Below, piece after piece: positions 50,641-61,690 of a stretch of 64,000 nucleotides of DNA. This DNA comes from Lama glama. Its lineage: Eukaryota. The notes beneath the pieces were generated by a model. The model saw only the letters and a list, made by a program, of their open reading frames with translations. It ran no database searches and was not told where the DNA came from. The position numbers and the translations under genes were made by a program. The stretch is from NCBI GenBank assembly GCA_028534125.1, contig CM052817.1, forward strand, positions 72,852,001-72,916,000, written 5' to 3'. Position 1 is the stretch's first letter. Each line of letters starts with the position of its first letter.

Positions 50641-51984
50641 GTTGATAGTCCATCAACAGCAGAATGGATAAAGAGTAATATATTCTCAACATGGAATACT
50701 GTACAAAAATGAGAATGGTCTACTACTATACCTAATGATACAGAAGAATCTCATGAACAATGATGAGTGAAAGAAGTCAAATACAAAAACAGTGTATAAT
50801 GTATGATTCTATACATAAAAAATATAAAAACTGATGAAACTAATATACAATGCTTGGAAGGATAGTAGTCACCTTTGCGAGCGTGGTGAGGGTATTGGTT
50901 AGTGCCTTTGGAACACAAGGAGAGCTTCTGCAACACTGGTAATGTTCTTTGCTTTGATCTGGGTTTCCTGACACAGCAGTGTTCAGCTTGTGAAAATCCA
51001 TTGAGTTTTACATTTACAATATGATCACTTTTCTGCATGTTTATCATATATCCATAAAATATTTAAACAATAATGGAAGCTAATGTTTGCAGTCCAACTG
51101 GACACTGTTGGTAACTTTGTCATAAAAATATTATATATTCAAAAAAGTGGTGGAATCATGAGTGATTTATATTTTAAAAATTAAAATTGTTTAAAATTAA
51201 AATATACAAAATAGGCACAGTACTTTTTCTTAACAGTCTTTTCACATAATGCATCACATTTGTTTTTGTACTCTCATCTCATTTCTTTTATAAACTGTAG
51301 TGTACTGACTAAAACATTAGTCACACTTCTGGAGCACTCAAGTTAGTTTTATCATCATGGTTTTATAGGGATATGAGAAAACTGGAGATGGTTTAAGAAA
51401 TGAATCATGAATTTATTCTTGAAAACCTGCCAATGCTTTAGTCTTGGTTCCTAGCTTCCCTTTCAGGTTGTAGGCCCTAATAGCTACTAAAAATCTACAA
51501 TTGCTTTTTATCTGCTTTAGTTTTAGCTTTTTATATTCCTTTCCCTCAGTACACCTGCCTGACAACATTTGTTACATCTTCAAACTCTCTGATGCAACTC
51601 ATACCTCTGGGCTGGACTGTCTTTCTGCAGCAGTACCTCTGGATACTATGATCTAACTGCAGGCCAGACTTCCCCACAACATACTTTGAAGGGTCATTCA
51701 CTCCATATCTTCCTTATTGCCATATGCAAGTCCTTATCCTTCCTGATTTTCCAGGTTCTACCCTTTCATCAGATAAGATTCATACAGAAAGTAGAATTTT
51801 CATAACTGGGCACACAATAAAATAAGAGCCCAGATCAAGATACAGAATATTACCAGCATGCCTGATAGGATAGTTAACTGAAAGTTTGGATGAGAATCTA
51901 TTGAAATCATTTATTCATTTAACCCATATTTACAGTAATATATCTACAATGCTGTTAGGCTTCCAGGTGCTAGGGCTACGCTAG

Positions 51985-52110
51985 AAATTCATGATGCCAA
52001 ATTTTCAGTCTTAGCTTTGCCACTTTCTACCTATTTAATCTTAAATGCATTATTTAAACTTTCTGAGCCTTAATTTCTCTATATGTAAAAATGGGTTAAA
52101 CATTTCTAAG
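51985..52110 (+). mobile_element. MIR fragment
   Basis: tcttagctttgccactttctac...tttaaactttctgagccttaatttctctatatgtaaaaatggg. Confidence 0.7.
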
Positions 52111-52189
52111 ATTTCATAATTATCTAACAAAAATCAAATAAGCTTTACTGAGAAAATATGAGTTGGTTTTGGGTGGGGGCAGGAAGGCA

Positions 52190-53720
52190 TAGATCTCCAG
52201 TTAAGCATAGTTAATTGATAATTTTTTTAAATGTCTTCTCTTCTCATGAACCTCACAAAAAAAAAGAAGAAAAAGAGAAGAATTAAAAGAAGATAAACTA
52301 TAAGAAAGACAAGAATGGACAACAGTAGATGAGAAACATTTCAACAAATGGAGAAGGGATAAATAATTTAGCAGTGTGATCTAAGTGTCTGTAGAGAGGT
52401 ATACCTGTAAACTGGCCAATTTTGTTGGCTAAAGGCTCAGGGCTAAGATATCTGAATTCTCATGGGAAAAGGCAGGGTTGGGGTGGATGGAATCAGCTAA
52501 AACCAGGGCCTAGTTGAAGGTCTGTATGTTTGTACACTAAGCGGTTGAAAGTTTAAATCCCCTTCTCACCTCACGCATTGAGGACCAGAAATTGACTCAG
52601 AGAAGCACTGGACTCTCATAAACTAAAGCACAGTGTGGGGCATGGCAGGGTGAAAACAGAGGAGAGGATTAAGTGAAAATGTGAACACTAAAGGCTGAGA
52701 CTTTTTTCTACCCTACTCTCTACACTATGTTTTTCTACCCTACTTAGAACAGCAGCCAAACATACAAGCTAGCTCCCTCATATTTACCCCTCTTCCCCAA
52801 TTCATGCTGCATCTAAATATACATAAAATTTTGTTGACAGGCATGTGACAGAAATGTAGTATTTGGAAAAAACTAGCAAGTAAATCAGGCAAATGAATAA
52901 ATAACAGAATTACTGACTGCAAGGAAAAGTATTATATGAGAAAGAGATGTGATGCCACACATAACATGGCTTAATAGTGCATAACATTTGCACAGTCATA
53001 ATAATGTAAACAGTGTTGATTTAGCCCAAATTTATCATGTTACTACATGGAGGGATGTAGTAGAAGGGAAAGAGATGGTGGAACATTGGTCATGTGCTAG
53101 GTATGATTGTTTGGTTTTCAATACACATTCTCACCCTTTCAAGATATTCCCTTAATCACTGAGGCTGGGAAGCTAAAATTGGCCATATTTCCCAAATCGT
53201 CTTGACGCTACAGTTCTGCATAAAATTTAAGTTGTGTCGTAAGATGTACTCACTTGAGATTTGGAAGACAGAAGTGAGGGAAAGTCCATTTCTTTGTACT
53301 GTGGCTGTGGGTAAACAAGGTGAACAGATAAGAGTGTTTGCAGTGGGCAGACTTCACACTATAATGTCTAGTCTGGACTTGATGAGTTTGCCACACACTT
53401 TGCAAGGTATGCCACTGAATCCAACGGTCCTGTGTGGCCTTTGCCTCCCACTGAATTGTTGCCTGCCCCTCCACTAACAATTTGATAATCACCTAATTCC
53501 CTACTCTAAATGCCTAGAATGGTTGCAGTTTTCCAAACTGAACTCTAAGAAAACTAAGTCCCAAATGACAAATTGAGAAACAGCAGTACGAGTACATTAT
53601 GTAGAAATCCAGAATTTCTTACCAGGGAAATCAGTAAACAGAGTTGGGGAGAGTAGAGTAGCACTGGAGAGCAGGCTTGGGGATACATAGAAGAGTATAT
53701 CATTTATAAATTATACTGTA
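52190..53720 (+). mobile_element. HAL1/old-L1-like remnants, split by an LTR
   Basis: cacagtcataataatgtaaacagtgttgatttagcccaaa resembles the HAL1 3' region and resumes at ~53550. Confidence 0.4.
53093..53548 (+). mobile_element. ERVL solo LTR (LTR33-like)
   Basis: gaggctgggaagctaaaa...catatttcccaaa...agatgtactcacttgagatttggaagacagaagtgagg...ttttccaaactgaactct. Confidence 0.6.
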
Positions 53721-54878
53721 GACATCCTAAAAGCATAAACTAGGTCTGACCTTATTCATCAAATATTATTGTTACAGGATTAAAGATAATATTACTATAG
53801 GACAGATTTAAACACCTACACACATGCCAATTCTCTTCTCTAATAGTTTTTTGTGTATGTCAGATGTATAGTACTCAAACAGCCAAAGGAAGTAGTATAT
53901 CCAAGCATTTCACAATATGTCTCACCATACATCTCTTCAGTGACCTCTGAAAACAAAAGAAATACTATGTGTTAATACAAACAAATATTTTGACACTTTC
54001 TTTTAAACCCATATACGAGGAGTTTTACTCTCCCCCAAATCTCTAAGAATTTTCAGGAAGCTTATGGTTCCATGATCATTTTTGGTTCTGTTTCTACTGA
54101 ATCCATTTTACATTTACTAACTCTTGTCAGTCCAAATGCGTTCACACAGGACCTTGGCTTCTTTTCTTGCTTTTTTCTGTCTCATCCCTTCAATCATCCA
54201 TAAACAACATTTATGCACATATATTCACACATGCTTTTAAGAAGAGCTGACTTCGTCAACTTTTCGGGAATGTAGAGGGAATTTACCCTGGAGAAATAAA
54301 TATCTAAAAAATAAAACTGAAATTCTTGTTCCTAAAAAGCCCTGTGAGTATTTCTGCAACTGCCTCCTGCTTCTAGCTCTTCTATTCTGGGCACCATCTC
54401 TCATGAGGGAAAAAAAAAATTCATATTTTCTTGTGAGGAAGAATTGAAGCCACTCCAACTTTCTCCTTCAAACTCATCTCAGGGCCTTTCATTACACAGC
54501 CTAGGAGTCAGTAGAAACTTAGTAATTATGGCTATCAGTTCAGTAACAGCACATTTTCAGGACAGAGTCAAAACTCTTCCCTATTTTTGTCCCAAGGTAA
54601 GTTATAGGAAGGGAGGTTTTAATTCAAATGGCATGAAGAATGTCTTTCTGATTATCAGAACAAACAATGCAAGAAATGCCAAAAAGAAATTATAACGTGC
54701 CACACTTGAAAACACTATGAAAAGATAAATAGTAATCTCTCCCAAATGGCTTATAATAGGCTTTGATTATCTTTTTGCCGTCGTGTGGTAAATCTTCATT
54801 CACTGCCTCCCTCAGGAGTATACAGAATAAGATTAGGTAAAGAAACCCAAAGTTATCATTGAAAATAAATTCCTTACT

Positions 54879-54901
54879 TGTGTGTGTGTGTGTGTGTGTG
54901 T
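54879..54901. repeat. (TG)n microsatellite
   Basis: Direct reading. Confidence 0.95.
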
Positions 54902-55229
54902 TTCATGTGTTTTTATTTAATCATGTCATAGGCAGTATCTCTTAGTTTTCTTATTGATATTTTGACTTCTGCATAAGCAGCCATTGGATTACAACCTAAC
55001 TCATAAACACTTTAATTCAGTAAGCTAGTTTCTGAAACTGCAGAGTGGTAAATATTTTTTTCTTTAGACAAGTATACTTACTAAGTATTGAGTATACTTA
55101 TTGAGCTAGACCCACTTTCCTCATTAAAGACTGAAAGAAGATGAAATCTGAAAGGTTAAATCCTCTGAATACTTATTCAGTACTTTCATTTATTAATGGA
55201 AATATATAAGTGAATTTGTGATCTTCAAG

Positions 55230-56212
55230 CTTTTTAAAACAGCTTAATTTAATTACAATGTACATATTATAAAATTTGCCCATTGTAAGTATGCAATGAT
55301 TTTTAGTGTTTTATTATTGTTAAGTATTATAAATTTGTAGAGTTGTGCAACAACCAACACAGTCTAATTTAAAAACATTTCCACCACCCCCAAAAAATTC
55401 CCTGGGGCCTACTTGCAGTCACTCCCATTCCTACTCTCAGCCCCAGGGAATAACTGATTTATTTTTCATCTCTGTACATTAATCTTTTCTCAAGATTTCT
55501 TATAAGTAAAAGGATACAATTTGTAGTCGTCTGTATTTGGTTTCTCTCACTTAATGCTTTAAGTTTCATCCATAGTGTAGCATGTATCAATAGCTATTCC
55601 TTTTTATTACTGAATAATACTCTATTGTATAGACAGATACAGCACATTTCATCTATTCATCACTTGATGGACTTCTGCATTGTTTCTGCTTTTTTGGCTA
55701 TTATAAATAATGCTGCAATGAACATTCATGTGCAAATTTTTGTGTGAAAACAAGTTTCCAATTCTCCAATTACTGAATCATATGGTAATTCTATGTTTAA
55801 CTTTTTGAAGAACCACCAAACTGTTTCCAAAGTAGCTGCACTATTTTTGCATTCTCACCAGCAATATATATGGGATCCAATTTTTACTCATTCTCAAAAA
55901 AACTTGATATTGTCAGTCTTTTTTATTATAGCTATTTTAGTGGGTATATAGTAATGTCTCATTGTGATTTTGTGGTGCATTTTCCTAATTACTGATGATG
56001 TTGAACATCTCTTCACGAGCTTATCAGACATTTATATATAAATTTTGTGAACTGCCTATTCATATCTTTTGGCCATTTTTAAACTGGGTGATTTGTCTTC
56101 TGATTACTGAGTTATATGCATTCTTTATATAGTCCAGATACAAATACTTTACCAGATGTATTATTTGAAAATATGTCCCCCCAATCTGTGGCTTGTCTTT
56201 TTATTTTCTTAA
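55230..56212 (-). mobile_element. L1MB-like 3' end
   Basis: tttgtagagttgtgcaacaacc...aataatgctgcaatgaacattcatgtgc...tgatgatgttgaacatc...ccaatctgtggcttgtcttttt. Confidence 0.88.
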
Positions 56213-56401
56213 GACTCAGGTTTTGAAATAGGGGTAAAAATGTAACAGACTCAATATTGTGTGAGAAAGGTACTTAATCTCCTAATAATTTTATTCTTTT
56301 AAATCCTCAAACATAAATTTTAGAGCTTCTGGGTAATAATACAACTGAATTTGCAAGCTGGTATTAAAGTTTACCCCCTAGAGGATAAACTATAACACAT
56401 A

Positions 56402-56844
56402 GTTTCTTAAGTGGTGCTGGGAAAACTGGACAACTACATATAAAAAAATGAAATCAGAATATTCTCTAACACCATATGCAAAAGTAAACTCAAAATGTAT
56501 TAAAGACATAAATCCAAGACTGAATACTATAAAATTTCTTGAGGAAAACATAGATAGAACACTCCTTGTCATGGAGAAATCATAGCAATATTTTGGGGGG
56601 TCTGTCTCCTAAAACAAGGAAAATAAAAGCAAAAATAAACAAACGTGACCTAATTAAACTTAAAATCTTTTGCATAGCAAAGGAAATCATCAATAAAATT
56701 AAAAGACAACCTACTGAATGGGAGAAAATATTTGCGAATGATATGACTGATAAAGGGTTAATATGCAAAATATATAAAAAGCTCATACAACTTAACATCA
56801 AAAAAAAACACAAACAAACAACCCAATTAAAAAATGAGAAGACC
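56402..56844 (+). mobile_element. L1 ORF2 C-terminal fragment abutting the ERV
   Basis: [68 protein letters not shown]. Confidence 0.92.
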
Positions 56845-56845
56845 A

Positions 56846-58790
56846 GGTCTTTCTCTTTTTATTAAACACAATTGTTGAATTTCCAATCTTATTTTTCCCT
56901 TTCTGAGGCCAAATGTTGGGTTTCTCTAGACAGTTTTTCTAATTTATCACCTGGGGTAATACCACTTTGAGGTTTGACTCCTTTATGGACAGTATTCCTC
57001 GTGGAAATGTCAGCAAGGTAATTTCCCTTAGCTTCCAGAGTCAAGTTTAGAATGCCCCAGAATCTTAATAATAGCTAAAGTGGCAGGTAAAAGTATTGCA
57101 TCTGATAATTCCTGAACATAAGGGCCTTCTGACATTTTATTTTCGCTGAAAGTAAGGAAGCCACATTGCTTCCACAACATTCCAAACCCATAAACTATTC
57201 CAAAAGCGTATCTACTATCAGTATAAATGTTGGCATCTTTGCCCTTGGCTAAAGTACAAGCCTGTGTAAGAGTGTATGACTCAGCCAGTTACGCCTAAGT
57301 AACCACAGGTTAAACCGTGCCTCAACAATACTGAAAGAAGTTGCAAGAGTACACCCAGCATGATACTGCCACCCTTGAAATAACGACCATCAGGGAAGCA
57401 TGACAAGTCAGCATTACCCAAAAGAATTTCTCGCAGATGATCACAAGGAGTCAAGAGGTCATCAGTTAGCATCAAGCAGTCGTGACAGACTTGGTCAGAG
57501 ACAGAGAAAAAGAGTATCAGGGTTCAAGTTACTACAATGTAGAGTTATGTGAGGAGCAGTTAACAAAAAGACTTCATAGGAGGTAAAGTGACTGACAAAG
57601 AACTGTTGCGTGTGATGAGAATTCAGGAGGGCTTCTACCGCATGAAGTACAAAAATGACTAAAGGGATCTCATAATGATTTCCTCAGCAGCCTTAACCAC
57701 AAAAGTAGTGGCAGTAACGGCTCTAAGGCAAGGGGGTTGTCCCCATGCCACAGTGTCCGGTTGCTGGCTATAATACCCTATTTTATTTATACACACACAC
57801 ACACACACACCAATGGTGGTCCCTGTGTCTTTGAGTAAGTAACCCAAGGGTATTCCTTTCATTTTCTTTACAAAAAGGAAAAAGACAATCTGATAATTGG
57901 GATATCCCAGGACAGGTAAGTCTGTCAAACTCTCCTTTAAGTTCTTAAAGGCTATGTTGTCCAGTTCTTCCCATAAATTGGGTCAGTGATGTTGTTCTTT
58001 AATAAAACATATAAAGATTTGTCCATAAGAGAGAAATTTGGAATCCAATTTTAGCAATAACCAAATAGTCCAAGAAAATCTTGCAGTTGGTGTTTAGTTT
58101 GGGGTTTTGGGAAACCGTGAAGCTTATCTCAATCTAGAGTAGCTCTTCTTCTGATATCAGATGCCCTAAATATCACATCTTGGTTTGGGCAAATGAAGTA
58201 GAAACCCTAGGGAACTTTATATCATTCAGGTCAGCATTCAGGATTTCTGAGGAATAAGAGGACTCAGTAAAAAAACCTCGAGGCATTACTATCCAGGTAA
58301 AAAAAAATTTTTTCCCCAAGTGAGCACAAAGATGTATTGGCTAACTTTATCAACTAGAATACTAAAGAATGCACTGTATAAATCAGTCACAGTAAAGAAT
58401 TTGCTTCTGGTGGAAGTGGATGTTAGTAAGGATGTGAGGGTTAGAAACAGTAGGGTGTGGAGGGATAACAATGTTGTTTATTGCTCAGAGGTTCTGAACA
58501 AATCTCCACCCCTTTCCTTTAGGTTTTCTCAGCAGTAAAATAGAAGTCTTACAGGTAGGACGAGGGATAATGTACTTGGGAGTAGTACAAGAGGTGAGAC
58601 CTTGAGGCTTGCAATTTTCTATTATGGGCTTTTTATCTTGAAGGGTTTCTTGTAGAATATTGATTAATTCTGGGGAGAAGTTCTGAGGAATATATCTGAA
58701 TCTTGGTAAGAGGTGTGCTGTGAATTTTGCCAATATCAGTTGGAGATTTTGCCCATAAGGCGGGTTATAGCTGATTCAAAGGGGGCAAAT
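56846..58790 (-). pseudogene. pol: ERV pol (RT, connection, RNase H), disrupted
   Basis: LWAKSPTDIGKIHS; KGWRFVQNL*AIN; FFTVTDLYSAFFSILVDKVSQYIFVLTW; TWIVMPRGF; YLGHLIS; IGYYSQQPDTVAWGQPPCLRAV; RNase H ANIYTDSRYAFG and KGNYLADIS; many frameshifts and stops. Confidence 0.9.
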
Positions 58791-58899
58791 GATCAGTGTT
58801 TCCAAAATCAACTCTAGTACTGTCAGAGATGAAGCAAATAAAAGATGTCAAAGGGTCATTTAATTCCCTTAGTTGGCTTCTTTGATGACTACTGTCAAT

Positions 58900-59265
58900 C
58901 TCGAGAATTATTTCCTCCTTCAGGGAGAAAGAAATTCTGGTGTGATACTTTTCTAAGAAGTCTCAGCATAACAGATAGGGTGGCAGAACTAAGGAGAAAA
59001 GGGTGTATATCTCTCAAAGGGCTAAACAAGAGGGGATAGGTTCAGAGACAGGAAGTTTTTGAGGCTCATTAGAGATCCCAACTATTCAAACTGTTCGAGT
59101 ACTCTGAGGCAGGAACCGCTTTAGAGTAGTGGGATGGAGCAGCAAGAGTGTGGCTACAATGTCAGTTAGGACTGGAAGAGGTTCATCCCCAAACTGGAGA
59201 AATGTTTCTCCCAGCCAATTAAAAGAGAGGACTGGGAAGAGCCCTTATAGTTCATTGAGGCCCTG
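58900..59265 (-). pseudogene. pro: ERV protease, disrupted
   Basis: GETFLQFGDEPLPVLTDIVATL (decayed L-D-T-G-A), V*IVGISNEPQ, HPFLL...DFLEKYH. Confidence 0.75.
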
Positions 59266-60615
59266 TCATTGAGAATTGGTAAGGGCACTGGAAAGGCTGG
59301 TTCAAGGACTGAAGGTGCTTGAAGTGCTTAAATTTATAACAATCTCTTTTCCAATGTCCCAACTCTTTGTAATAATAGCAGAAACTTGGAGAGCTTTTTT
59401 GCTTTTTTTTTTTTTTTTCGGTTTAGGGGCCTTCATTTGCTGGAGTTGAAGAATATTAGTGGTCTTCCTTTTAGGGAACTCAACCAGATAGTGAGAAAGC
59501 TTGTTAGCCAGATTAACTAAATCTGGAGTGAACATAGTTTTCCATTTGCATTCTGGTCCTGATACAGTCCACTAATAAACAGAGTTAAAAGGTATCCAGG
59601 TGGAATCAATGTCTGAAGGAAGATCAGAGTTTTCTTTAAAAATAACCTGGAGTCCACTGTAATAATTATAAGCAGTTTCATCAGATTTTTGTGTGCAAGC
59701 CTGATCTAATCAACAGGTTCTGAAGAAGTCTAGGAAACGCCCAATGAAGTTGCCTAGTGATTGGCTTAGCCTGACCGTAATAAGAAGTTAGCAGGCTGGC
59801 CTCTTGGTTGCAGTTCTATAGACCTTGCAACATTTTTCCAATTAGAGGGTTTTATGCAATGCTGGTCCTGGCCTTCATTAACAAGTATATGAAATAAGTC
59901 AGAGAAATCAGGTTGATGAGTTTGAATGAATATATTAAATTCCTCAGCAAATCTGTGAGGCTCTTCAATTATTTTGAGAAAACCTTTGGCTATGGCTTGC
60001 AGTTCAGATTTAGTCCAGTGAATACAAGAAATTGAGGATTTAGCCTCTGGATCCTCAAAAGGCTTAATTTTATAGGGGTAGGTTCTGATAGGTTCAAAGG
60101 GAAAGGGAGTGGGGAGTGTTACAGAGAAAAGGGGAGGCTCAACATGAGAATTAGTATGGGGGAACCGAAGGCAGAGAGGAGACGTAGGTGGTATAGAAGG
60201 GAAGAGGAAGATAGCACCAGAGGCAGGGCCTGAGAAAAGGGGCATGAGGCGTCAAAAGCCATCTTACATTCTTTATCATTTGTTTGCCTCAGTTCATCTT
60301 CAAATCCTACTTTGCAGAGAGGCAATTTTAGGCTCCTAAAAATATTTGGAAGCTCAAAATACCAACAAAAATAGCCATTATTTTCAGCTTCGGAAATTTT
60401 AGAGTTATGGTGTCCAATTTGGTTTTTAAAAAAGTAAGTTTGGAGGTTTCAAAAGTTCCCATAATGGCCATTGATGTTCTAAATTGCCTTTGGTTAGGTC
60501 AGTCCATTTAGTTAGAAATGCACATGAGGAAGGGCTGTGGTTTTTAAACACAAAATTGGCCAGGGTCCCTGTAGGGGAGGGCACCTTCAAAATATTTAGA
60601 TAAATGGGCTCCCAT
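59266..60615 (-). pseudogene. gag: ERV gag, disrupted
   Basis: ATG GGA start (MGAHLSK); matrix-like KWTDLTKGNLEHQWPLW; Pro-rich stretch; capsid WTKSELQAIAKGF...EPHRFAEEFNIFIQTHQPDFSDL; knuckle CYYYKELGHWKRDC at 59339-59380; TGA at 59266-59268. Confidence 0.88.
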
Positions 60616-60753
60616 TTCTCAGATGTTTTTCTCTAGAGTAAAAGAACAGTTTTCAAACAGTCTAAACAGTTCAGACAGTTCAAACAGTTCAGACAGACTA
60701 CAGACCTATACCAGCCAGTCCACAGGGAACAGTCTAGTCCCAAAAAAAAGCCA

Positions 60754-61040
60754 GGCCAAAGGCTGCACAGCACAGCTCTAATGAAACATACTAATTCCAA
60801 GAGAGTTGGGCCAAAGGCTTACCAAGCATAGTTCCAACAGAACAGCCCCCATTGCAAAAGGAATTAGGCTAAAGGCTAAACTGGCACAGTTCCAATGAAA
60901 CAATCCATGTCCAAAAGAAATAGGCTGAAGGTTAGCCAGGTCCAGAAGGAAAAGACCCCATTTCAAAATGAGTGGGACTGAAGGCTAATACAGTTTCAGT
61001 TGGAACCACTTGATTCAAAAAAAATCAAGCCAAAGTGTGA
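60754..61040. repeat. Diverged ~52-58-bp tandem array in the ERV 5' leader (about 5 copies)
   Basis: Units start ggccaaaggct (60754, 60809), ggctaaaggct (60867), ggctgaaggtt (60923), gactgaaggct (60976). Confidence 0.75.
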
Positions 61041-61276
61041 AATGAGTACTCATATACAGAATAAGTCCTTACTCAGAAAGGACAAAGTTTCAAGACAGAT
61101 CCTAAATAAGTTCTGGAGAGCTTCAAAACACAAAGAGGGCAGAGGCTGGGGCCAGGAGAAAGGCTTACTCTCAAACCACAGGGTCTGCCAAGAAAAACGG
61201 TGAGCAAAAATGAGCTCAGTGTAAGTACAACACCTGCTTGCTTACCAGCCTCGAAGTCATCAAGGGTCTTCTCTGG

Positions 61277-61294
61277 ATCCCCATGTGGCCACCA
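61277..61294 (-). other. Primer binding site, tRNA-Ile-like
   Basis: TGGTGGCCACATGGGGAT, 3 nt from the LTR end; closest recalled match is the tRNA-Ile(AAU) PBS TGGTGGCCCGTACGGGGA allowing for CpG decay. Confidence 0.65.
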
Positions 61295-61297
61295 AAA

Positions 61298-61690
61298 TGT
61301 TGACCTAAAATAAAAAGACTACCAGGTATTTCTCCAGCAAAAATGGATTTATTTGGTATTAACAGGGTTGTAATTTGGGGTTAGCAACCATGGTGAGCGA
61401 TGTACAAGTCACCCCACTACAAGGAGAAGATAACTCCTTTAAAGACGGGAAAAGGAAGGTGGGAGGGGCATAATAAACAAAGAATCTACTGGAGTAATTG
61501 AGAGTTCAAAGTATAGTGGCTTTTCATTGACTGAGTTGTGATAGTCTCTCATTGGCTGAGCTCTTGCCAAGCAAGAACACGAACTCGTTTTCCTTTCTGT
61601 TGATTTCCACTATCCTTATAGGCTGTGAAAAGTTCCCCTCTGGCCTCCTGATTCTATTTTAATTGATGTTTCTGTTTATTAATTTTTATA
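61298..61690 (-). mobile_element. ERV 5' LTR (~393 bp)
   Basis: Minus strand TA(TG decayed)TAAAAATT...TCAACA; AATAAA at 61348-61353; duplicated CCAAT-like tcattg(a/g)ctgag at ~61524 and ~61549; adjacent PBS. Confidence 0.85.

Larger units (their letters stand above)
46110..51065 (+). mobile_element. Old L1 (L1ME-like) ORF2 3' region and 3'UTR, fragmented by at least five nested insertions
   Basis: Sense L1 pieces at ~46110-46700, 46815-46925, 47740-47990, 49395-50030 and 50645-51065 (e.g. cagtggggaaaaggatattcctttcaacaaatagtgctggg; gatctgaatagacattttacaaaagag); may be more than one element. Confidence 0.7.
56846..61690 (-). mobile_element. Class I endogenous retrovirus, 3'-truncated provirus (5'LTR-PBS-leader-gag-pro-RT/RNaseH; no integrase, env or 3'LTR seen)
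   Basis: Collinear order of LTR, PBS, MG- gag start, CCHC knuckle, protease, RT and RNase H motifs on the minus strand. Confidence 0.92.

Noticed and set aside
60754..61040. CRISPR-like repeat-spacer array
   Set aside because: Mammalian ERV context; whole units are homologous (no unique spacers); no cas genes.
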